A stretch of 64,000 nt of DNA from Faecousia sp. (GTDB lineage Bacteria; Bacillota; Clostridia; Oscillospirales; Oscillospiraceae), in NCBI GenBank assembly GCA_045535175.1, contig JAZSLC010000142.1, forward strand, positions 4,745 through 68,744, written 5' to 3'. Position 1 is the first letter of the stretch. Each line of letters starts with the position of its first letter. The translations under genes were made by a program, and so were the position numbers. The notes below the pieces were generated by a model. The model ran no database searches, was not told the origin of the DNA, and was given only the letters and a program-made list of their open reading frames with translations. Positions 57,132 through 64,000 of the stretch are shown piece by piece.

Positions 57132-58967
57132 ATGAACGAACTGCTGCAAAGAATCCTGCCAACGGTGCAAAAACCAGCCCGTTATACCGGCGGAGAATAT
57201 AATGAAATCCAAAAAGAACTTTCTGATGTGCGGGTGCGTGTTGCATTCTGCTTCCCGGATACTTACGAGATCGGTATGTCCAATGTGGGTATGCGGATCC
57301 TCTATGGCGTCATGAATGAGATGGACGGCGTTTGGTGTGAGCGGGTCTTCGCACCCTGGTCCGATATGGAACAGGCTATGGTGGATCACAATATCCCCCT
57401 GTGGGCGCTGGAAAGCCAGGACCCTGTGCGGGACTTTGATATGATTGCCTTTACCATCGGCTATGAAATGAGCTATACCAATATCCTCAATATGCTGCGT
57501 CTGTCCGGTGTTCCCCTCCGTTCCAAGGACCGTCAGGGCCTGAAGAACATTGTTTTTGCCGGAGGTGTTTGTGCATTTAACCCGGAGCCTCTTGCTGACT
57601 TTGTGGACTTTTTCTCTCTGGGTGAAGGGGAAGAAAGCACGGTGGAGATTGTATCTCTGTACGACCGGGCAAAGGCCGAAGGATGGACTAAAGAGCAGTT
57701 CCTTCTGGAAGTATCTAAGATCCCCGGTGTCTATGTTCCTTCCTTCTATGAGCCCTGCTATCACCAGGATGGCACCATCTCCCGGATCGAACGGCGGGAT
57801 CATGCCCCTGAAATCATTACGAAGCGTATTGTAGAAGATCTGGACAATGCCTATTGGCCCACGAAAATGATCGTTCCCTCCACGGAAATTGTCCATGACC
57901 GGGCCAATTTGGAAGTGTTTCGCGGGTGCATTCGGGGCTGCCGCTTCTGCCAGGCCGGTTTTTCCTGCAGACCGGTCCGCAGAAAGAGCGCCGAAGTGCT
58001 TTACCGGCAGGCAACCGAAACCCTGGAAGACTCCGGCCACAACGAAATCACACTCTCCAGCCTTTCTACATCCGACTATCGGGAGCTTCCTGAACTAACG
58101 GATGCGCTGATTCCTTACTGCGCTGAACAGAAGATCAACTTGTCTGTTCCGTCTTTACGGGCCGACAACTTCTCCCGGGCTTTGATGCACAAGCTTCAGA
58201 CCCTTCGCAAAAGCGGCCTGACTTTCGCTCCGGAAGCGGGCACTCAGCGGCTTCGGGATGTGATTAACAAGAACCTGACGGAAGAGGAGATCCTGGAAAG
58301 CTGCGCCATTGCCTTCTCCGGCGGCTGGAACAATGTTAAACTCTATTTCATGCTGGGTCTTCCTACAGAAACCGATGAAGACGTTTTGGGTATTGCGGAT
58401 CTGGTCTTCAAGATTATCAACTGCTGGAAAGCCAATGCATCGAATAAAAAGCGTGGCCTCCGGGTCCATGTGGCAACGGCCTTCTTCGTGCCGAAGCCCC
58501 ACACACCCTTCCAGTGGGAGCAGCAGATTGCCCCTGAGGAGTACCTGCGCAGATGTAAGCTGCTGAAGAGCCATTTCTATTCCAAGTCCATCGAATACAA
58601 CTATCACGAGCCCTTCCTGAGCCGCCTGGAGGCCGTATTTGCCCGAGGTGACCGCAGGGTCGGTGCTGTGATTGAAGAGGCTATGAAGCGTGGAGCCCAT
58701 CTGGACGGCTGGGATGAACATTTCTCCTACAGTACCTGGCTGGATGCCTTTGAAGCCTGCGGAATCGATCCCGACTTTTATACCGTTCGCGGATATGGAG
58801 AAGATGAAATTCTTCCCTGGGATATGATTGATGTGGGTGTTACCAAGCGGTTCCTGCTTCGTGAACGGCACAGAGCTTATGAAGCGGTAGTGACTCCCGA
58901 TTGCCGCCAGGCCTGCGCCGGCTGCGGTGCCAACTGTTTGCTGAAGGAGGCGAAGTGCGATGGCTAG
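57132..58967 (+). CDS. TIGR03960-family radical SAM protein
   Basis: VQKPARYTGGE, FPDTYEIGMS, RGCIRGCRFCQAG, TFAPEAG. Confidence 0.92.
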   Translation: MNELLQRILPTVQKPARYTGGEYNEIQKELSDVRVRVAFCFPDTYEIGMSNVGMRILYGVMNEMDGVWCERVFAPWSDMEQAMVDHNIPLWALESQDPVRDFDMIAFTIGYEMSYTNILNMLRLSGVPLRSKDRQGLKNIVFAGGVCAFNPEPLADFVDFFSLGEGEESTVEIVSLYDRAKAEGWTKEQFLLEVSKIPGVYVPSFYEPCYHQDGTISRIERRDHAPEIITKRIVEDLDNAYWPTKMIVPSTEIVHDRANLEVFRGCIRGCRFCQAGFSCRPVRRKSAEVLYRQATETLEDSGHNEITLSSLSTSDYRELPELTDALIPYCAEQKINLSVPSLRADNFSRALMHKLQTLRKSGLTFAPEAGTQRLRDVINKNLTEEEILESCAIAFSGGWNNVKLYFMLGLPTETDEDVLGIADLVFKIINCWKANASNKKRGLRVHVATAFFVPKPHTPFQWEQQIAPEEYLRRCKLLKSHFYSKSIEYNYHEPFLSRLEAVFARGDRRVGAVIEEAMKRGAHLDGWDEHFSYSTWLDAFEACGIDPDFYTVRGYGEDEILPWDMIDVGVTKRFLLRERHRAYEAVVTPDCRQACAGCGANCLLKEAKCDG

Positions 58968-59616
58968 ATTGCTTTTTGAAAAGACCGGAAACGCCATATG
59001 GATTTCTCATTTGGATCTGATGCGCCTTTTCCAGCGGGCCTTTAAGAGGGCCGGATTTCCTTTGAAGCACACCCAGGGATACAATCCCAAACCTTCCGTT
59101 TCCATTGCACTGCCTTTGTCTGTGGGCGTCAGCAGTGGTTGTGAGCTGCTGGACTTTGAATTGGAATGTCCCATGCCTGCATCGGAGAAATTGGTGGAAA
59201 AGTTGAATGGGGCACTCATTTCTGGGGTGAAGGTACTGAAGGTATATGAAAGTGGCCGGAAGATCCGGGATATTGCATTGCTGGAATGCCTTGTGCGTAT
59301 GATCTACGAAAAACCGGTAGGGGAGGATCAGGTACAGGAAATCCGGGAACTCTTTTCCCGGGACAGTCTATTGGTGGAAAAGAAGAGCAAAGGCGCCTTT
59401 GTGGAGCAGGACATTATCCCCATGATCAAAGCTTTGGAAGTGACGGCAGAGGACTGCGTGATTACCGTTCGGGCAGTGATCTGTTGCCAGAATCCTTCCA
59501 TGAATCCCATGCAAATCGCAGCTGCGGTACAGCGATATGCTTCCTGCGATAAGCCGGTGCATTCCGTGTGTCACCGGGTTGAAATCTTTGATGCGAGTAA
59601 AGTCATATTTCGATAA
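58960..59616 (+). CDS. TIGR03936-family radical SAM-associated protein
   Basis: FEKTG...ISHLDLMRLFQRA..RAG....TQGYNP.P. Confidence 0.9.
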   Translation: MARLLFEKTGNAIWISHLDLMRLFQRAFKRAGFPLKHTQGYNPKPSVSIALPLSVGVSSGCELLDFELECPMPASEKLVEKLNGALISGVKVLKVYESGRKIRDIALLECLVRMIYEKPVGEDQVQEIRELFSRDSLLVEKKSKGAFVEQDIIPMIKALEVTAEDCVITVRAVICCQNPSMNPMQIAAAVQRYASCDKPVHSVCHRVEIFDASKVIFR

Positions 59617-59627
59617 GGAGAAATAGT

Positions 59628-59852
59628 ATGAATGTTAACGAACTGATCGAATTGGAAGAGTGCCCCATTTGCAGAGGGGCCGGAATGCTGGTGCATGAAG
59701 GCGGCTGGTCCGTCCAGGTGGAGTGCAATGATTGCAGTGCACACACCGTTTATGTGGATTATTCCGGTGATGTGGAGCGCGCCGAGGCCGAAAAAACCGT
59801 GGCAAGACTCTGGAATATGGGTAAAGTAATCAAGTCCGACGCGGGCGAATAA
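59628..59852 (+). CDS. Lar-like zinc-ribbon protein
   Basis: LEECPICRG...VECNDCSA...A..WN pattern; AAGGAG RBS. Confidence 0.7.
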   Translation: MNVNELIELEECPICRGAGMLVHEGGWSVQVECNDCSAHTVYVDYSGDVERAEAEKTVARLWNMGKVIKSDAGE

Positions 59853-59939
59853 AATTTTTCAAAAAAACTAAAAATAATGCTTGCATTTTTCAGCAAGGTG
59901 TGTTAATATACTCAGGCGTTGAGGAACGTAAGCAAAAAT

Positions 59940-60016
59940 CCGGGTGTGGCGAAGTTTGGTATCGCGCTTGAATGGGGTTCAAGAGGCCTCGAGTTCGAAT
60001 CTCGACACTCGGACCA
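59940..60016 (+). tRNA. tRNA-Pro (anticodon GGG)
   Basis: Acceptor CCGGGTG/CACTCGG plus ACCA, anticodon arm CTTGA-ATGGGGT-TCAAG. Confidence 0.97.
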
Positions 60017-60053
60017 AAAAATGGGAAACTACTTGTGTAGTTTCCCATTTTTT
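60017..60053 (+). terminator. Terminator after tRNA-Pro(GGG)
   Basis: AAAAATGGGAAACTAC/GTAGTTTCCCATTTTT. Confidence 0.85.
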
Positions 60054-60057
60054 ATAT

Positions 60058-60188
60058 GTGTCGAGATTCGAATGATTTAATGAAACAGTCCGGTGGACTG
60101 TTTCTCGCCGGGTAGGGCCCCGGCGACACCACTATTCCTTCTTTCCGGCAGAAAGAAGGAATGCAAACGAATCTCGACACTCGGACCA
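60058..60188 (+). repeat. Structured tRNA-trailer element with antisense and direct copies of the tRNA 3' end
   Basis: GTGTCGAGATTCGAA (60058-60072) is the reverse complement of 59994-60008; CGAATCTCGACACTCGGACCA (60168-60188) equals 59996-60016. Confidence 0.85.
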
Positions 60189-60334
60189 TCGTCTGGAATA
60201 CAGAGACACTCTAATGATTATGAATGTTATGATGAGATGTTAATTACTGGATATAATTTCAAGAATCGGTTATTCATCGTGCATAAAATAATGTAACTTA
60301 ATCATGTGATAATGTAACTTATCCACAAAAGTCC

Positions 60335-60363
60335 TTGCATTTTCGGTTTGGTTGTGTTATGCT
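60335..60363 (+). promoter_or_regulatory. sigma-A promoter of the gcv operon
   Basis: TTGCAT-N17-TATGCT with TG extension. Confidence 0.6.
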
Positions 60364-60384
60364 GAGCACGAACCGAACAGGATC

Positions 60385-60545
60385 GGATGAACACGCCGGG
60401 AGAGATCCGTACAGGGCGCCGAAGGGGAATGCGTAAACTCTCAGGCAAAAGAACCGGTGTGGGACGATACTCCGTAGAGCAGGCTCAGCCTGCGCCGAAG
60501 GTGCAACCCGGGATTCCGGGGAATCTCTCAGGTGTATTAGCGGAG
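60385..60545 (+). promoter_or_regulatory. Tandem glycine riboswitch
   Basis: Two aptamers, each with (G)GAGA/AGAG..CCGAAGG..CTCTCAGG, upstream of gcvT. Confidence 0.93.
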
Positions 60546-60582
60546 GCACAAGACGCTTTGCGTGTTGTGCCTTCGTTTTTTT
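60541..60582 (+). terminator. Riboswitch expression-platform terminator
   Basis: CGGAGGCACAA/TTGTGCCTTCG stem plus T run, overlapping the aptamer 2 closing strand. Confidence 0.8.
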
Positions 60583-60606
60583 ATTATCAAAAAAGGAGCT
60601 GTTGTT

Positions 60607-61776
60607 ATGAGTCAGCTGAAACGAACCCCGCTTTTTGATGCCCATGTGGCCGCAGGCGGCACCATGGTGGATTTTGGAGGCTGGGAAATGCCCATCCAGT
60701 ATCCCACCGGCATTGTAGGCGAGCATCTGCAAACCAGAAAGGGATGTGGCATTTTTGATGTTTCCCACATGGGTCGCCTGATTGTGGAAGGTCCTGACCG
60801 TGTGAAGTTCCTGCAGAAGGTTCTGACCAGTAATGTGGAGAAGCTTGTTCCTGGCCGTGCCCAGTACTGCATCATTTCCGATGAGAATGGTTATGCCGTT
60901 GATGATGCATACCTCTATATGTTCGTGGAAGACAAGTATCTTCTGATCGTCAACGCCTCCAATACCGATAAGGACCTGGCACATTTTGACCGGTACCTTC
61001 CGCAATATGACTGCAAGATCACTAATGTTACGGATGTTTACTCTTCCATCGCTGTTCAAGGACCCGATACCGACAAGATTCTGATGACTATGTCCGGTGG
61101 CGCACCCATTACTGGTCCCAAGAAGAACGATCTGGGTACGGTAATTCTGGAAGGTCACACTGTCCAGGCTTCCCGTACCGGTTATACCGGTGAGCCCATC
61201 GGTTATGAGTTGTTCATTCCGGCAACGGAAGTGAATTGGCTGTGGAACCGCCTGATTGAATTGGGTGCCCATCCCATTGCCCTGGGTGCCCGGGATACCC
61301 TCCGTTTGGAAGCCGGTCTGCCTCTTTACGGTCACGAAATGGGGCTGGATGCATCCGGCGCAGATATGCCCATTTTTGCTGTTTCTCTGGCTCGTTTTGC
61401 TGTGAATTTCGCAGAGCAGAAGGGTGAGTTTGTGGGAAAGGCTGCCCTGGAAACTCAGAAGGCTTTCGTAGAGAAGAAGATCGTAGCCATTCGTCTTGCA
61501 GACCGGGGCGTAATGCGTGCCGGCATGGAAGTCTATCGGGGTGACGAACATATTGGCTGGATCACCAGTGGTACTATGGTGCCTTACTATGAGTTTGACG
61601 GTGAGGAACCGACCGATAAAACCGGGAAACGTTCCATTGGTTTTGCCTATGTGAAGTCTGACATTTCCGTTGGTGACACTGTACAGATCGATGTGCGCGG
61701 CAAGCGGCTGAAGGCTGCAGTTGTTCAGCGTCATATGCGTCAGGACCTGCCTCCTTACGGCAGAGCAGAAGTATAA
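60607..61776 (+). CDS. gcvT: Glycine cleavage system aminomethyltransferase T
   Basis: DFGGWEMPIQY, IFDVSHMG, SRTGYTGE, LGARDTLRLEAGLPLYGHE. Confidence 0.96.
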   Translation: MSQLKRTPLFDAHVAAGGTMVDFGGWEMPIQYPTGIVGEHLQTRKGCGIFDVSHMGRLIVEGPDRVKFLQKVLTSNVEKLVPGRAQYCIISDENGYAVDDAYLYMFVEDKYLLIVNASNTDKDLAHFDRYLPQYDCKITNVTDVYSSIAVQGPDTDKILMTMSGGAPITGPKKNDLGTVILEGHTVQASRTGYTGEPIGYELFIPATEVNWLWNRLIELGAHPIALGARDTLRLEAGLPLYGHEMGLDASGADMPIFAVSLARFAVNFAEQKGEFVGKAALETQKAFVEKKIVAIRLADRGVMRAGMEVYRGDEHIGWITSGTMVPYYEFDGEEPTDKTGKRSIGFAYVKSDISVGDTVQIDVRGKRLKAAVVQRHMRQDLPPYGRAEV

Positions 61777-61834
61777 TTCATCTTTTGTAATTCACCCCAA
61801 TGGGGAAAATATAAATATATCGGAGGAAATGATT

Positions 61835-62212
61835 ATGAATTATCCCAATGAATTGAAGTATACCAAGTCCCATGAGTGGATCCGTATGGACGGTGATGTT
61901 GCATACATCGGTATTTCTGATTTTGCGCAGGATGCTCTGGGTGATGTGGTGTTCATCGAACTGCCCGCTCCCGGCGATCTGGTGGAAGCCGGCGAACGTT
62001 TTGGCGATGTGGAATCCGTTAAGGCAGTTTCTGAGCTGATTTCCCCCGTGTCCGGTGTCATTTGCGAAGTCAATGACGGTCTGGAGGATACCCCCGAAGA
62101 ACTGAACAGCGACCCCTATGGTGCCTGGATCATCAAGGTTGAAAACATCACCGGTGAAGAAGAACTGCTCGACGCCGCGGCTTACGCTGCTTTCTGCGCT
62201 GAGGAGGGCTAA
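61835..62212 (+). CDS. gcvH: Glycine cleavage system H protein
   Basis: YTKSHEW, AQDALGDVVF, VESVKAVS lipoyl lysine, NSDPYGAW. Confidence 0.96.
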   Translation: MNYPNELKYTKSHEWIRMDGDVAYIGISDFAQDALGDVVFIELPAPGDLVEAGERFGDVESVKAVSELISPVSGVICEVNDGLEDTPEELNSDPYGAWIIKVENITGEEELLDAAAYAAFCAEEG

Positions 62213-62214
62213 TC

Positions 62215-63531
62215 ATGGGCAGCTATATTCCTTCCACTCCTGAGGAACGGTTGGAAATGCTGCGCAGCCTGGGCCTTGCTTCTTATGAAGATCTTTACGC
62301 CGATGTTCCTGAGCAGATGCTGCTCCGGAATGGGCTGAATATTCCTGCTGGCCTCAGTGAATTTGAGGTTCATCAGAAAGTCAGCGCTATGGCTGCGAAA
62401 AACCGTGTTTTCTCAACCGTCCTTCGGGGTGCCGGTGCTTATGATCACTATATCCCCTCTATTGTAAAGTATATCCCCGCAAAGGAAGAATTCCTTACCG
62501 CCTATACCCCTTACCAGGCTGAAATGAGCCAGGGCATTCTGCGTTCTATTTTCGAGTATCAGACCATGATCTGTGAACTGACCGGAATGGATGTTTCCAA
62601 TGCGTCTGTATATGACGGCGCCACTGCTGCTGCAGAGGCTGCCGCCATGTGCCGTGACCGGAAGCGCCGTGTAACCGTGATTTCCGGTGCGGCCCATCCC
62701 GATACCATCCAGACGGTGAAAACCTACTGCTACGGTACCGGTGACGAGCTGCGGATCGTTCCTGCCAAGGATGGCAAAACGGATATGGAACAGCTTAAGG
62801 CATCTCTGGGTCCCGATGTGGCCTGCGTTTACATTCAGCAGCCCAACTACTACGGCCTATTTGAAGAAGCCGAAGAAATCGGTGTTTTGACCCATCAGGC
62901 AGGCGCCATGTATGTCATGGGCTGCAATCCCATTTCGCTTGCCATCACCAAGACTCCCAGGGAGTGCGGCGCCGATGTGGCCGTAGGCGAAGCGCAGCCT
63001 TTGGGCATGCCTCTTAGTTATGGCGGACCTTACCTGGGCTATATGGCCACCACAGACAAGCATATGAGAAAGTTGCCCGGCAGAATCGTGGGCGAAACCC
63101 TTGACAACAGAGGTAATAAGGCCTATGTGCTGTCCCTGCAGGCCCGTGAGCAGCATATCCGCCGGGAAAAGGCCAGCTCCAATATTTGCTCCAACCAGGC
63201 GCTTTGCGCCCTCACCGCGTCTGTCTATATGGCTGCAATGGGTCCCGGCGGTATGGCACAGGCTGCAAAACTCTCCATGTCCAAGGCCCATTACTTTGCC
63301 GGTGAACTTTGTAAGATCCCCGGTGTTTTCATGAAATATTCCGGCGTTTATTTCCATGAGTTCCTTACCGTTCTGCCCAAAGTAGACGAAGTGCTCGTCG
63401 CGCTTGAAAAGGCCGACATCCTGGGTGGTCTTCCGGTGGAAGACGGCATTCTCTGGTGCACCACCGAGAAAGTATCCAAAGAACAGATTGACAAAGCGGT
63501 AGCCATCGTGAAGGAGGTGCTGTGCGGATGA
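62215..63531 (+). CDS. gcvPA: Glycine dehydrogenase subunit 1
   Basis: GAGAYDHYIP, EFLTAYTPYQAEMSQG, REQHIRREKASSNICSNQAL. Confidence 0.96.
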   Translation: MGSYIPSTPEERLEMLRSLGLASYEDLYADVPEQMLLRNGLNIPAGLSEFEVHQKVSAMAAKNRVFSTVLRGAGAYDHYIPSIVKYIPAKEEFLTAYTPYQAEMSQGILRSIFEYQTMICELTGMDVSNASVYDGATAAAEAAAMCRDRKRRVTVISGAAHPDTIQTVKTYCYGTGDELRIVPAKDGKTDMEQLKASLGPDVACVYIQQPNYYGLFEEAEEIGVLTHQAGAMYVMGCNPISLAITKTPRECGADVAVGEAQPLGMPLSYGGPYLGYMATTDKHMRKLPGRIVGETLDNRGNKAYVLSLQAREQHIRREKASSNICSNQALCALTASVYMAAMGPGGMAQAAKLSMSKAHYFAGELCKIPGVFMKYSGVYFHEFLTVLPKVDEVLVALEKADILGGLPVEDGILWCTTEKVSKEQIDKAVAIVKEVLCG

Positions 63532-64000
63532 AGCTTATATTTGAAAAAAGTGTTCCTGGACGCGGCATGAAGTACCTGCCCGAGTGTGATGTGGAAGAAG
63601 TATCTCTACCCGAAAGCCTGGCCAGAACTGTGGCGCCCGACCTTCCTGAGATGAGTGAAACCGATGTATCCAGGCACTACACCGAGCTTTGCAAGCAGGT
63701 TCACGGTGTCAACTCCGGTTTCTATCCTCTAGGCTCCTGCACCATGAAGTATAATCCCCGTATCAATGAGGAAATGGCAGCCCTGCCCGGATTTACCGGC
63801 ATCCATCCGCTTGCTCCAGCTCACACCACCGAAGGCTGCCGTGAAGTGCTGGCGACCGCCGGCAAGCTGCTGTGCGAGATTACCGGTATGGACGATATGA
63901 CCTTCCAGCCTGCTGCCGGTGCCCATGGCGAATTCACCGGTGTACTTCTCATTAAGCAGTACCATGATGCCCGCGGTGACAGCAAACGCGACAAGATCAT
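63528..64000 (+). CDS. gcvPB: Glycine dehydrogenase subunit 2 (partial, runs off the window)
   Basis: Manual translation MKLIFEKSVPGRG...RHYTEL...FYPLGSCTMKYNP...QPAAGAHGE. Confidence 0.95.
   Translation, partial: MKLIFEKSVPGRGMKYLPECDVEEVSLPESLARTVAPDLPEMSETDVSRHYTELCKQVHGVNSGFYPLGSCTMKYNPRINEEMAALPGFTGIHPLAPAHTTEGCREVLATAGKLLCEITGMDDMTFQPAAGAHGEFTGVLLIKQYHDARGDSKRDKI

Noticed and set aside
60017-60188. Prophage or ICE integrated at tRNA-Pro
   Set aside because: The direct repeats enclose only about 150 bp with no integrase or cargo; reported instead as a small structured element.

Overview
Chromosomal window from a spore-forming Clostridia-class Firmicute (Oscillospiraceae-like; inferred from gene content). 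Most of it is housekeeping and sporulation genes: spoIID, metA, scpAB-gerW-dacB-rluB, acpP, SRP RNA-dnaX-ybaB-recR, pncB, nrdG-dut, glnA (GSIII), an ABC exporter, ispE, addBA, spoVAD/E, spoIVFB, a radical SAM pair, two tRNA-Pro genes and a glycine-riboswitch-controlled gcvTH-PA-PB operon. There is one IS200-type element whose tnpA has an in-frame TGA. The most unusual part is an accessory block at about 49.1-55.2 kb. It starts with a consensus sigma-A promoter, a 19-aa leader peptide and a terminator/antiterminator pair. Behind these is a co-oriented series of orphan immunity-like and membrane genes (HEAT repeat, DUF4304-like, Imm40-like). The genes are bracketed by a recurring 21-nt imperfect hairpin (GACAGGGGACGGTTCTCTGTC) and by repeated relics that translate as the C-terminal HTH end of a RAYT-like HUH transposase. 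This looks like a REP-bracketed gene-capture array. A second oddity is a structured ~170-bp element after tRNA-Pro(GGG) that carries both an antisense and a direct copy of the tRNA 3' end. All family calls come from reading motifs by eye; no database searches were run.
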